Shown here piece by piece: positions 36,560-50,559 of a stretch of DNA of 64,000 nucleotides (within the stretch, counting starts at the first letter, position 1; the number at the start of each line of letters is the position of its first letter). Made by a program: the position numbers and the translations under genes. Source of the stretch: Takakia lepidozioides (taxonomy: Eukaryota; Plantae; Bryophyta); contig CM060733.1 in assembly GCA_030704615.1 (NCBI GenBank), forward strand, positions 54,994,001 through 55,058,000. The letters run 5' to 3'. The notes under the pieces are model-generated. The model was given only the letters and a program-made list of their open reading frames with translations, did no database searches and was not told where the DNA came from.

Positions 36560-39500
36560 CTATTGCATGAACCTGCCACACATCATAAATTTACCCAGAA
36601 ATAATGTTAACGTTGCAGACTGGCACGTATCACAGTTTCCAGACTCTTTGGACTTAAAAAGACTAAAAACCTAATGCCAACCCAATTTCCAAGCCTGCTC
36701 GTGACCTAAGAACCTGAGTCCAAGAAAATGTGATTGGGCTTAAAAATTTTGAGCATGAGTTTTCTTGAATTGGCATCTTGCAGGTGTAATTCAGCCACCT
36801 CAGAACCATACTGTTATGGTGATCTACGTATCGCAAGATCACAAAACATTATGTCTGACTTCATAACTTCAACCATTTTCACCTCATGCAATTAAAAGTG
36901 CTCACATGTTTTGCGTCCTTGCTTTCATCATCCAATTCCCAAGGGAGGAATGTGTCAGTTCATGGATGGCTCTAAAAAAGAAGTCTTTGAGATGAGCCAA
37001 TGGTTGCTAGGCAGCGTCAGAATAATACATTGATGGGGTGGTAAAAGCTTGGCCTTTGGCCTTCAGTTCACTCTTAGGATCCTTTTCCACAGACCCATAT
37101 ATAAACTTATTGACTTTGTGAAACAGTCATAAGATCACTTTCAGATTATGAACCTGCTCCCAATTTCGTCTAACTGAACATAGCAAGCCCATTGAACGTA
37201 ACCTTACCTTGCCACTTAAGAAGTACCACCAGTAACCATGGTTTCCCTTCAGGAGGCAATGAATGTATTATTTATATAGAAGAAAAAAAGTTCAGTCCAC
37301 CACCAACATGTCTGATCTCTTCTAATTCTCTATTTGTAACCTACAAGTGGCTTTAATATATGGAGAAAATATCAAGAAAGGAGAAAGAAATTGAGAGATT
37401 ACGTCAACGAGAGGCCTAGAGGACCTATTGGACACAATAGAATCAAAGAGCACTGACCTCCGCCGACATCTCAATGAGCCATGCTCTTCATACTCTCTTT
37501 TTGTTACTGAGCAACCATCAAACTCAGAGCTTGCAGCGAAGAGAGACCCACCCTTCCAAGGTGCAGCAATAGGACTGATTATACCCACCCAAAACCCACC
37601 TGAGATCAATACAAGAGTAGAGGCAGAAGGCAGTACATGCTTACGAGTCGTTACTAAGATTTAATTACCCTCCTAGAGCCAGTTGTGAGGCTTCCACCTG
37701 CAGGGATATGCAGCTCATCAAGAGATAACATTGAAAACATTAGCACACCACTGACTACCACCTGTTTCAGTGAATGGATTGCAGCAAAGATGGACTAATA
37801 GAGTTCATTTTTCCATAGATAGCAGAAAAGGGAAGAGAAGAAACAGATAAACGAAGAAACCTATTATCACCATACTAAAAGAGAGAGAGAGAGAGAGAGA
37901 GAATGACTGTACTCGTAAGGCGTTGTTTGCCGTAGCCTTGTGGCCATTGACCCTGTGCTCAGTTTGAGCGGAACACAAAGGGACAGAAACTTCCTTTGTC
38001 AGGGGCTGACGCCGGTAGTATGACTAACTTTGGAATAGACAATTGATCCGAGTTTTCCAGATAAACTCTAGAAATCCCTTCACACAAACATCAATCTGCT
38101 GTGTGTGATTTGCCCAATAACTAGACCCCAAAAGGGCCTGGGAGTTTGGCTCAGCCTGGAGATTTTCAAAGTTGGTTAGCAGAGGTACAGGATCAATTCC
38201 CTTGATGGATTTGAAGAGGGTATCTCTCTGGTGAGAGTGCCCAGGACAATGAATCAGAAAGTGGATATTGCCTTCATATTGTCCACACAATGGGCAATTG
38301 GAATCCCCCTTTCCTCTCTGCGTCTGTTTGCTGTTAAAAGGTAGGCTTCCCACCCTGACTTTAATTTCAGTCTAGAGAGAGAGAGAGGAAGAGAGAGAAA
38401 GAGAGGCTCAAGAAAGAGAGACAACCAATTGGGTTTGTGTCTGCTTTGAAGTTTGTGTTGTGCGCCCCACAACATTTACGACTGACAGATGGCTAAATAA
38501 AGATCTAGGTGTGACCAATTCTCTACGTCTGAAAGTGGTCAAGAGACAGGTGAAAGAGATGCCACCCACCTATCAACCAACTGGAGTTGGACATCATACT
38601 CATCAGGAACAAGAGGGCGCAGCTCTAGCTCTCTGCATCCAATTACCAAGCAGACCCGGCCAGGTTGGGAAGAATGTTCCGTGAGCATAGCAATAAAAAC
38701 CTAGTTTCACAGCCATGTCTACAGATCTCTGGTCATTTCAGTCCACAAAAAGACACCTGAGAAATTCACCCAGGGAAAGGCATACCAACTGGAAGCTATC
38801 TACAAGATAATCCCAGTGATGCAATACTACACATCTGAAGATAATAGCAGCTGAAGTGCTGATCATCACCCACACCAGGAGACCTTAAATGATCCACACC
38901 TATGCTGTTGCGTGATGAAATGCTTCGGAACAACAAAAATAGGTTTTCTACAAAAGTCCAGATTTTCTGGGGTGATTGACTTCAAATGCCCTCTCAAGGA
39001 GGTACCTATCCAAATTAGCCATAGATTAGGCGCGCAGTAAGGGCATTGGAACCCAAACGGTGCTTGCCTATTGGTAGCTGCTGGCAAATTCCACATAGTC
39101 TAATCCTTTTCCCAATGGATTACAGGTGCAAAGCAAATGCATAATCATCCGATGAAGGATGACAAGAGCGACTTACAAACGATCTTTGAAGCCAGGCAAG
39201 AGGGTACTTCCACCTGTCAGCACCACACTGCTCCACATCAAGCATTAGGGATATTTGCAATTAGAAAACTTGCAGGCTGATTGTACAGAACCATGGTGAG
39301 CTTCCAATAGATAGCCTGATGGCTAAGGCACTCAGGCAAGACAAGAGATAGTACTAGGCTCAAGTACCCATGGGAGGCATCCCTACATTGGATGCCATGC
39401 AGCGCTGGTCACACTATCAAGTGATCTCAAGAAAGTACCTCCCATCAGAACCAGTAGCTCTGACAGATCAATGATGCACTGAATAGCAGTGGCTTCAGCC

Positions 39501-42255
39501 AGCATCATTTTCTTCGGCCTGCCATGCCTTCCTGACTAATGAGCTGCTTAGATATTCAAATATTTAAACAATTTGCAACCTCGGAGGACAACATCACTTA
39601 GTAGAGCAGAAATGTACAATCCAACATTGAAAGCATCTATAGGACCATTCTTTAGAGACACAAGGAGCCATTATATGTGGATGGAGAAGTAAGTTGGAAG
39701 CATACCTGGAGTATAAAAGAGGATGCAGACTAGGGTGGCATGCACTGACTGCTCGTACTATACACTCCGCCAACCCTGCCTCATTCATCCCTGCAGACCC
39801 ACATATTTATGCAGATTCAAATCCTTTGTCCGTAACTAATCACCAGATCATTTACCAAAACTTCTACAAAATGACCTATCCTGAAGGTAAATACTGCACT
39901 TTCACCCCCAAAGAATTTCATCTACTACAGATGTCCTGATAGTAGTGCCCCTGACACTCAAGTGCTACTCGTCAATCGCAGCTACATGGTAACTTCTATA
40001 GGACTGTGAATCCAATTTTGCAAACCACCTCATGGTAAAATGGACAGATAAGTAGCAACAGAGGCAACAGATCACCTAGGTCAGCTGGATGGAAGAGCAT
40101 CTCTGGCACCAAAAATCGCTCGTTGGTCAATGTCAGCTCCTGATGATGAGAACAAAGGTGCCCAAGTACTCAAATCAGTGTTCCTTCTCCCCACACTTGA
40201 AAGAGATTGGCTATTACATAAGCTTTCGGAAATGCATCATTCAGATTCAAGTAACGACAGCTTCAGAGTCACATGCATCAAGCTGCTCTTCAAATATCAC
40301 CTGCTCGTCTTGCTTGGTAGTTGCTCCTTTTTTAGGAGTTCTCTTAGTTTCGCCAATAATTTGAACATCATCATCCTCTTCCTCCTCGTCCTCTTCTCCC
40401 TTTGCAGCCTGCGAATACTCACCATTAACGGTCACTCATTACTAACGACACTATTACAAGCAGGAAATGCACTGCTGCAAATTTGCTAAGTCTAGAAAGC
40501 TTCCACCAAATATCAACAACAAAAAGTGGACTCTGGTTAGCTCCGTCCATGAACTGATTGTAACTTTCAGCAACGGTTCACTGAGAGTACAATGACATTC
40601 TTCGAAGGCATGTAGATAAATTATACCCAGTCGTTACTATGGGGAAATCCACAATCATAGCCATGGTACACAACTATACTAGTTTATGAAAGTTTTGTTT
40701 CATCATTGGTCATAACCAAGCAGGAATGTCATAACAGCAAGAGCGTGGTCCAATGTAATGAGTTGCCTTCTTGTGCCTCCCAGTGGCAACATCGGGGCCC
40801 TTGACAAACCCGCGCTTGTATTTGATTCCGTCAGGTAGTATGTACTCACACTGTATCAAATTGCTCTTCCCCCGTTTCCTGCCCGTCAAAACCGTTGCAT
40901 TTGTTAGTCTGACACTCACTTTGGAGGCTGGAGAGTCCAATTTTTCCATGGTACCTGTTACCTTAAGGGTGTAATTACGGTAGGAGGAGAGACACGCTAT
41001 GTACTCTTTGCTAGTTCCCACAGATCAAGACCTACAACAAATTTAGGCCATAGGTAGTCCCTCCTGATTACTAACCGGCTAAGAAGGTCAAATGACTTTC
41101 ACGCATGCGGGATAATCAACTGAAATCTCTTTAGCCCTTGTGAACAACAAATGGCAAGGCAGTCACGGGATTGAGGAGAGGGAGAGAGACTGGGCAGTTG
41201 CGAGGTCTTGAGCAACATCCATAGAGCAGAAGCACAGCTTCTCCTTAACGTCCTCCATAATATAGGTTTCATCCATTACGTTCCAAGCCCTGTAAGACAC
41301 CAACTCCTTCAAGTAGTTTGTGAGCGCTTTCCCGCCTAAATTGATTCGCTTTGCAGCATGGTTCACAACAAAATTCTGGAACACAGGGGCTGCGTGTGTG
41401 AAAGAAAACCCTGAATCCACAACAATGCTGCATTTGGAGTGGGCCAGAAGGCTCGTGGGTGCTTGATGAGCTTCATAGATATGTGTAAGAACTGGGGTGG
41501 TTCCCACATACAGACTTTGGAATCCGAAGTCTTCAAATACAAGCTCATCTGTGGCCCTTTGAATTGATGGAAGGTTGAAGAGAGGCTCAACTAGCAGCAG
41601 CCCACAGTCTGCTGGATTAACCTGCAAGTAATTGCAATGGAAGTCTGTCATCTCGACTCAGATTTGATGCCAACAAAGACATTCCAGAGAATGCTTATCA
41701 ACTCGTCCACTTAACACCACCGTCTGAAATTAACTGGAATGGGGACACATGAGGACTCACACAAAAAAGGGTTTCTTCACCAGCAGTCAGATATTTTAGA
41801 TGACAGATGACAGAAAATCTCACCAACCATTGTACCTCAGGCATCTCACTTACTTCAACATGCTTAAGGTTTGGCGTCACTCCGACCTAAACTCAAAGGA
41901 CATCTCCACCTGCTTGGAGAATTCATCAAAACCAGCATTCGTACATCTCCCTCCTGTCCCCTCCAGATCAACTAACCTTCAGCAAGCTTTTGAAAATACG
42001 ATCCCAGATTTCTCTCTGTGTCTCCGAGCTGACCAAGTAGCCGCGGTCCATGGGTCGCCGAATTGCGATGCTTTGAATATCGTCGCACTGCTGAAGCTGA
42101 TCGGCCACCAACCATTTCTTCATTGATCGTGGCCGCGCGATGCAATTGGGGACTACAGCTGTAGGCTCCTCTTGACCCGCCATCCCTGCTTTGCAAAACC
42201 CAGCTCCATTATCCAATACAACCACAGATCCCCCCATGCCTCCACTCCTCCTCAT
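36560..42255 (-). CDS. ARP6: Actin-related protein 6 (SWR1 complex); exons 42255-41977, 41621-41191, 40878-~40768, 40408-40301, 40139-40076, 39790-39706, 39227-39177, 38632-38570, 37574-37458, 36572-36560
   Basis: VVLDNGAGFCKAG, RRPMDRGYL, VVDSGFSFTH, GGKALTNYLKELVSYR, LTNERFLVPEMLFHPADLG, ELRPLVPD, WKGGSL, RCRRRF; start could be 42255 or 42237. Confidence 0.93.
37905..38375 (-). mobile_element. 5'-truncated LINE in an ARP6 intron, same family as 31683-32308
   Basis: [18 protein letters not shown] and shared 3' UTR; (GA)n tracts on both flanks. Confidence 0.88.
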
Positions 42256-43035
42256 TTCGAAAATCGTTTCTCTTAGCCCATTCGCACATTCGCGTCCCAA
42301 CCTCCTATCAAAACTCGCGCTGCGCTCCTCCAAACACCAAACCGAAGGATGCACGCAAAAGGAGTGCCTCCCGCGTCCTTCACCGCGTGCCGGGAAACCC
42401 ACGATGGCGAAGGTAAGACAGTAACAAAGAACTCAAGAAGCCACAGGTGAAGGACGCTGGGAGGTTGCGACGCGCTTCACTCATCCGCGTGATCCCCCCT
42501 CTCTGCATTCTTCACTTGCATCAACCCCACTGCTCCTGACAGTCATGAACAGTACAGTCTTGTTTAAAATGCACAGATGCTCCTCTCACCTCCATGCCAT
42601 AGTTTGCTTCGAAGACCTCGGTGATTTGAGGCCGAGGACAGCACCTTCTACAACTTTTGATTCATTTCAGCTGTGCCCACATACCTTCTTTTGCTGTTGT
42701 CAAGAATGATCATCAAAAAGTGAGCTACAGTATACCTGCCCATGTCCAGAAAAGCAGGCCTCTCCAAATCTGTGCATCAAACTGGGCTCCATAAGAGGGA
42801 AGAGCTGCGTATCGTGAATTGTACAACACAAGTTACAAGGGAGCCCTTCTAATCAAATTAGAAAGAACGTTCCCCGGAAGCCGAAAAGATACAAGTAAGG
42901 AGAGGCGATGAAGACACATCGACCAGAAAAGCTCAGAGAGCCGCTCCGCAAACCCTGTGGATTTGAACCCAAAACCTGAGTTTTAGGCTACAATAGATTT
43001 GTGTGGAGCGGGTGGGTGTGAGGCAGATCGGGGGC
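42256..43035. promoter_or_regulatory. Probable bidirectional promoter
   Basis: 780 bp between the divergent start codons of ARP6 and the LYR gene. Confidence 0.55.
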
Positions 43036-44573
43036 ATGGCGATCGGGGCGTACAGGATTCTGCTGAGGGCAGTGAGAAAGCATGTTAGCGGCGATGCAGG
43101 TAACCCTGACTTCAAGGCTTTCATAGCGGATGAGTTCAGACGCAATGCCGGGATGCAAGATTCTGTGCTAGTGCGAAAGAAAATTTCTCTCGCGAAAGAT
43201 TATGCCTTGCTTGTGACCAGTGTTCACGCCCACAAGGTCATATCTCTTTCACTTCATATGTCTTTCTCTGTGGTGTCTTCCCATATGATTTGCAGCCGGA
43301 TTGGCATCGGTTGTGCCAGATCGGAATGAAAATTGCGGGCGGGTTTAGACCTTACAACTTTCTCCAGGAGGTTTAATAGATAGCGTCCAGGGGGATCTTT
43401 CAGGAGTGAGTTCATCCTTTTTTTTATGCCAAATGAAGGTTTGTGAGTACATGATAGCAAAGCCGCCAAGCTGACAGGGATACATACTATGCCTCTAAGT
43501 AGGATGAGTACTTTTGAACTTAAGAATGTTTTGTTTCTCCCGGGATCGCCTTTCCTCTTCACGTTAGAACTTACTAATCTTTCATCTGCGTGCCTATGAA
43601 GTTAGGGACGGGACGTGCGTGCTTGACAAAGTCTTTGTCAGTGGTATGTCGTGAGGACACTGGATGTGGCAAGGTTAAAGGATAGAATGCATTTGCTAGA
43701 GCCCCTACTGAGCCCACTACTCACAAGGGGTGTAGAATGCAATGCTACATTGAACTTCTCTATATCTAGGAAAGGAGGGCTTTGCTTCTGAGTTGCTTCT
43801 TGTGTGGCTATGGCCATGAGAGACACAGAGAGACACATACATACTTTGACCGCTTCTTGCGATTATGAACAAAATGTTGGGGTCCTTGGGATAGTATCCA
43901 TCTTGATGTTGAATTCGAAACCCGTGTCATGGCCTGACGGAGTGAAGCAGTTACCGCCGTCTTTCTATGAAATGGTTTACAGGGCATATTGTAAACTGCC
44001 CAGATTCTCAAACACTGGTCTCAGCCTGAGACAGCTGACCTAGCAGTGGACAATTACTGGGGGCTTTGCAGAGTGTGGCCCCTAGTGTGTTTCAATTGGG
44101 AAACTCAATTGTTATGCTGTAACTTGGAAGGTCATTTTGCTTGAGGGTGGATGTGTGACCTAACTATGAATGCAGAGTGAGTGAATTTCAACCCCATTTT
44201 TATGGTACTATGGTAGCCAGAGTAGGTCAAGCTCAAAGAACTCGAGGCAAACTGGGCCCACCACAGCAAGGTTTAAGGTTGTTAGGTTTAAGGTCGCAGT
44301 GACTTTGGGAATAGTACAGACGAGGTCTTGCTTTTTCTTGGGTGTACTAGGCACGGTGCTCTCCAAGACCATTGACTTATATGTTAAGTATCATGTTCTG
44401 AAGCTAGGGTTGTTGAACCGATACGGTGGATGTTGTGTATGCAGGAGCTTCTTCAGTCGTATAATATCAGTATAGATAGGGAAGAAGAGCAGTCGGTGCG
44501 CTTGCAAAACACTGCAAAGCGAGTTGGCCTTTCAATGCCGAAGGTGTTCGAAGAAGCAGATGGTCAAAAGTGA
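43036..44573 (+). CDS. Mitochondrial LYR-family protein, FMC1-like; exons 43036-43236 and 44445-44573
   Basis: AYRILLRAVRKH...FIADEFRRN LYR motif; exon 2 ELLQSYNISIDR..TAKRVGLSMP; phase-0 GT-AG intron. Confidence 0.8.
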
Positions 44574-46489
44574 GACAATTACGGGGAGCCCTATAGGGTG
44601 CATACTCTGAAAACAAGTACCAGTTAGATGTACTTTTCTGCTCCACTTTACAGTAGTCTTGTGACCATAGAATGTCAGGTTTGCTCGGAGAAGCAGGAGG
44701 GAACGAGTGAAGGAGGAAAGGTGCCACTATCATTGTTGATAGCTCGCTACAGGAGACGGTATTACTGAAATGGGGTGCGGGGCTCCGGGGTGTTACTGAA
44801 ATGCATGCGGGCCTTAGAGCTCACAAAACATGTGCTTAGTGAGATTTCTTGCCAGTGCTGCCTATGATGCTCCGTTCAAGGTATAGACCAGGACACTATT
44901 TGATCCACATATTGTGGTTAGGCCCAGCCAGTTGTACATAGGTAAGCCACTATCTGGCAACAGGGTGGCCTTCGATATCTTTCTTGGAGAGAACAACTTC
45001 GATTCAGAAATGCTGAGGTAATACTGCACACAGATGTGGTACAGGTAGCACATGTCGTCAGGGTCATGCTGCCAGTAAAATTGTACACCTTTAATTGCCA
45101 GTCAGTGGAAGTATATGCATCGAACTGATATCCTGGAATTTCATCTTCCCACATTCCCCCCATTGTCTCCAGACGTTTGTCAATCTCTACACCTCCCCTG
45201 CTCCATCTACTCCACATTCTATGAGACTTGCACAATCACACTGCAGTGCTATCAGACAGTGGTTCCTTTGATGTCAAATTTGAATTGTAGCCTGCGGCAT
45301 TGCATCTCAAAACAAGGGTTGTCAATGCAAGTACTGCAATTCAACACGAGATCCACAACACCTCCACATTACTGGGCTCCTGATGGCGAAGGTGGAGGCC
45401 TTGCACAAAGCCCTGTGTCGTCTTGCAGTGAATGGGGGGAATGCCGCACATCATGCAGTGGATTTGCGGGCGAGGCAGGATTTGCAGGAGGTGAAATGAG
45501 CATTCAGCATGGCAATGGTGGGCCGGACACCTGTGGAAGTGATGGCTATGGCATCTCATGAGACTCTTAAGGAAATTGAAGCAAGGTATTGACATGGAAC
45601 TCTTGGGGTATACCTCATGTCTGTGAATTGTGTGATCCTGGCTCCAAATTGAGAGAGTCTAAATATAGTCATACTTCGGTTTGTAGTCTATATATGTGCT
45701 CGGTAGTTCAAATGAACAGCGCCGCATTTGGTTGTCTAACCGCCACAGATGCCTGCAAGAGATTTTTTATGACTCCCTCTTTTGCCCCTCTTGCAATGAT
45801 GGTGGAGGTGCTACTCATGCCTCCATTTGGATGTGCATGACTCGAGGCCTTCAGTTCACAATCTTTTTGTACTGAACCCACATATAACATCTCAAAGCTC
45901 TTAACCCTTGTATCATCATCAAACCAATACCCGTTGTGTTCTTGGCCTTGAGCTTGATGCTAAATCTTAAAACACTGCCAGATTGTCCTTGACCTTGTAT
46001 CATGGCAGTTAGCTCTTATTTCTCCCAAGGAGGGTTTGACCTACTCAATCCAAAGGACGACCTTTGTGCACTTATGTCACTACATAATAAACCTTTTTGT
46101 GACCTGAAAAGATCTAGGAATGAGTATGGGCTAGTATGGACAAGACAGACAGATCGGAAAGAGCACGGAATACAACCCCTATATAAAATTAGAACACTGC
46201 GCAACATCCACACGTACTAAAATCCTCCTTCCCTAAATCATACCAACACCAACGCCTCGCCACCACCAGATTTCCTTTGCTACAGTCGAAACTTCACTGC
46301 TACAAAGGCCTCAAGAGTGAGTTCTACCAATCTCGCAGCTTGTGATGAATATATCTCTCACTGGCCAACCAACCAACATGCTCTACCACCTCCTACATTG
46401 AATGGAAGTTTTGTAACCATCAAACAGGTTTGGAAGAAACTACTCACTTCCAAGGTGCCACACATTCAAGGTGTGTGTGGTAATGCATT

Positions 46490-47132
46490 AAATAACAAGC
46501 GGCTAGCCGCGTAATGGCTCCACCCTCCAATGTGGAGTGTGTAACGAAGTATTTTACATGCTATATTGTAGAATGATGATATTTAACAACATGGTTTGGT
46601 AATTTGAAAGCTATATATATAGGTTTGTGATCTGTCCAATATGCCTCTGTAACTCCTGATATGCATTGTTGGTTAGGTGTATTTGTCCAAATATGGTCCA
46701 AGTGTGAACCATATATTGTAGTAGTTTTCATGAATTGAAGTGTCATATTGAACATCCTCATGAATTGTAGCAATTGTTTTGACATAGTTGAATCATTTTG
46801 TAATATATTTATATTGAAATCCCCTATAATAATGGTGGGACAAAAATGTGGTATTTTATGAAGAATTGTTTGTAGTTGAGACAAAAATATAGATATCGAA
46901 AGTGACGGAGGTTTGTAAATAGTAACTACATGAATAGCTCTTCTTATTTTTATTGAAAGTGGCCATTATATATTCAGCACCGGAGAATGAAAACACTTCA
47001 TGAGATACTAAGGACATTGTTGTGTCATATAACATCATGGTGCCATGACTACCATTGTACAGCGATATATGAATATTTTGTGGAATCCATAAACAGATTT
47101 ATATTGGAATTAGGTTTGAAGTGCGTTTCATT
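46490..47132 (-). mobile_element. Helitron-type remnant: C-terminal APE-like endonuclease and 3' hairpins
   Basis: NETH, IYKPP, IIGDFN, LDHIWTN, TDHKPI motifs followed by a stop (no RT); downstream CTCCAC..GTGGAG stem and GCGGCTAGCCGC palindrome. Confidence 0.6.
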
Positions 47133-48256
47133 CACTAGAAGCATTCGTGTCATTTACCACTGGGTAACGACTCATTTTGAGTCGTAAAAGTCAAAAAACT
47201 GGGATCGACTGGAAGTTATAACAGACTAGTTACAACAAACGTGGTAGTTGGGTTGGACATCCAATGATTGGAGTGGTAAAGGACGCATACGCGCGAACAA
47301 CTGCTCAGCGATTAATGCGATTAATGATGAAGAACCACGTGGCGTAACCAGGCGGGCCGCCCATGTGTCTGACCTTTTGGGCTAACTTTGACTTTTCCCT
47401 CCGGATGAGTGGACTGACTCACCCGGGGCACGGTGACACATGGACGCGGACGTGGATGCGGACGTGGATGCGGATGTGGCGGCGCCGCGACGAGCGGCAA
47501 TGCTGCCGCGTGGCCACGGGCCCAAGACGCCACATCGCAATCGGCCCATCACTTGGAGTGCTGCATGTGACGTCGCAACAGCCACTGGCGAAGTCAACTG
47601 CACAACTTCCGGCAGACGAATCCACGGGGACCACGTAGAGAGTGTGTGGGTCGACGCGTGGCGTCGCCCCACGCAATGGCAGTGACGGGTACGACTGCTA
47701 GTGGAAAGACGCAGAGTGCTTGTGCCATCTCGGGACTGCTTTGGCCAACTCCGCTGCCACGTGCTAGTTGGTTGCACTACAGTAGGAAAGCACGAAAAAT
47801 GAGCACTTGTAGTGGTTTGTGTGAGTTTCCAACTGACCTGCATTCTAAGCTGAAAATATGGTTCTGATGCATTCTACTGGTTTTAGTGGTTCACCCATAT
47901 GCAGGGGGAATTGAGAAGCAATGATACTGGGCGAGACTGAGAACACAGACCACGATGCATGCACAACATCACGCTAATGAACCAAATAGACGAGGCAACA
48001 GGGAGACCAAAGACCATCACACATACACATAGAAGGTTGACGGACACGACGACAAGTCAGGAAATGTGATATTACATTCAAATTAGAGACCGTCACGGCA
48101 CACCTGCATATGAGCAAGACTAAATGCCAACATACATGGTTGTCGGACATCACTTAAAACTGTCATGGCCCAAATGTTCAAAATTGGTAACGTGAGTATC
48201 ATACACACTTCTATGAGTATCATTACACACCCAACAGGGACTACAAGCATGAAATG

Positions 48257-48540
48257 TCACTTGATACTTTCACCTTTCCTCATACTCTTCTCTGGCCACA
48301 GAGTCACCGTGCCTTTCACGTGCGCTAGTGTGGTCTGGGGGGGGGCATCGTCCACATTTGGGCAAGGCAATGTAACACTTGGAAGCATGATCTCGTGGAC
48401 TTTCACCTTGTACCACCCGGATCGAATGTCCTTGCGGTGGAACTTGTCAACCCCGGCTATTCCCACCACTTCCGCCTTGGCTGCGGCTGTCTTTGACCGC
48501 TTGTCATGGGGGTTCAGGAGAAACACAGGATCTGATATCT
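48257..48540 (-). pseudogene. TnpA/TNP1-like C-terminal domain exon
   Basis: FH..DI..GWYKVKV..I.LP.VTLPCP...TTL..VKG.VTLWP pattern typical of CACTA second genes. Confidence 0.55.
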
Positions 48541-49399
48541 GCAGACACCAACATCATGGTCCACTCAGCAACAAACATAGCAATGACAGGGTGAAAGTCA
48601 AGCGCAGCTGGGCATGGAAACGATCTTGGTTGCCACAATACTGAATCAGCAGCCAATTCACGGTGTACCAACGTACCTTGAAGCGAAGCTCATCGCTGAG
48701 GGTGGCAACTGAGGAAAGCTACCCACGTGTTTTCAACTGCAGCAGCAAAAAGAGGTTTAGTCAGACGGATAAGAATAACTTGAACTCTGGTGGTTGCAAT
48801 GGTATAAACACACTCCACGGAGCAAGCTAACAAACACCCTGCTCAGACCCTAGCACTACAACTTCCTGGCAAAAAATAACCCTACTAAAAACCAGCCAGA
48901 CAAAGCAAGGAGCCATGAATGCATGCCTGGGGAACCACGTCCTGCTGCGATGATGGTGCCGGGGACAGCCCACTTCTCTTGCTCACCTGCAATGAATACA
49001 CATTGCAACGCTTCAGGAAGTGTATCCATAAAGGAAACCAACCAAGTAAGTTTGCGGAGAGGGGCTGGGAACAACCATACCTTGGGCGCTGCCTCCTCAT
49101 GCGGGGGGGGGAATCCGGAATGCTGCCGCCATAGCACTATGGTCGTAGGCGCAGGACCCACCTTCTTCACATTCGACCCCACTGCACTCCCTGTATATGT
49201 GGTCCCTGCAAAACATATAGTGCCAGCTTGCGTGAGAGGGCATCCGGGGGGAACAAAACAAACATGGACTTTGGCTTCGATGTCATGTTGCAAACAGTAA
49301 GATTAGTTTCACCTGCATGGGCGCAGAAGTACTTCCCCCAACGACCCCATCCTCTCCCACATTCAAGCTGCCAGTCGGGGTTAGCTTTCGCGTGCTTGT

Positions 49400-49960
49400 G
49401 AAGACACGCACATCCTTGGAGCAAAACAAATCTTGGCAGTAGGGCCAGACTGTTTCTAAAAGGTAGTTTGAATCGGGCCCCTCACTGACATTGCCAGTGA
49501 CATCAAACGACAATGGATGGACCATGTTCAAAGGGGAGTTCCCCCTCCCCTTGTGTGGTGAATCATCCACTAGGAGGGTGTTGGATTCGTTAAATCCAGA
49601 AAATTCCGACCACACCCTCGACAGTCTCTTCTGTAAGTTCTGTACGGCAGGCCCTTTTGTGGGGTGTGGCTCTGTCCACACTCCTCTTGTGACCACACAA
49701 AGAGGGGAGAACCCTTGACCCCCTGCATGACCACTTTGAAGATGTCTGCAACATTCCCCTTGGAAGCACAGGACCATATCCCAACGTAGAAATACCGGAA
49801 GAGAAGGTTTAAAAACTCGCAGACCTGGGGCCTTGGGAAAACATACTTGTTGGTGGTCAACACCCATGGCCAATGACGCCTTGGGTTGGGCTGAAAGTTA
49901 GGAATAGAGTGGCACAGGATCCCGTTCAGGTCTAGAACAATTAGTTTCGACTTTTCTATG
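49400..49960 (-). pseudogene. FCP1/NIF-type HAD phosphatase-like domain, frameshifted
   Basis: KLIVLDLNGILCH, VFPRP, FYVGIWS, LFVWSQEEC, NTLLVDDSPHK..N..N.VHP. Confidence 0.8.
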
Positions 49961-50559
49961 AAAGGAGCTTTTGAAAGGGGTGTCACGGGGTCTCACCTCA
50001 GTGGGTTGGGAGACAACAGTCACCCCGGAGGGCAAAGTTTTTGGTCCCCTGCAGCCTGGACCAGGCAAACTACCACCCTCTCCCCCTACAGCTTCCCCTT
50101 TTCCCCCATCATGAGCAATGACCCCCCCATCGTCCATGTCATCCCCACCAACTTGCTGGACCTCTCCCTCTTCAACGAGTGGACCCTGCCCCCACTGTGA
50201 ATATCATCAACAACAGCCCGGACCTCTGTCACATCCCTACCCACTACAATTACTTCCTCCTTGTCAGGTACAATGGTCGCAGCAGGGGGGTCTTCCATAA
50301 TGCACCGTCACACCCCCTTTTTGCCCCATCATGAGTTCCACTATCTTCTTCAGTTGTGCTTCCATTCCCCTCTCCTGCTCCGCAGAGAGAGCCGCAAGCC
50401 TCTCCAGGGCCCCGATGCGGGCTGCCATTGAGTTCCCCGCTCCCTACGCATACAAACACCCACCCGTACTGTTAAAAACCAGAAGAAGAGGCCGAATGTG
50501 CAGGATTTCAGGCATTCGGAGATGGCTAGGTTTGGCATAACACCCCTTGTGTACCATGC

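Noticed and set aside
44800-46000. Coding-like fragments downstream of the LYR gene
   Set aside because: Short stop-interrupted frames on both strands; nothing I can identify.
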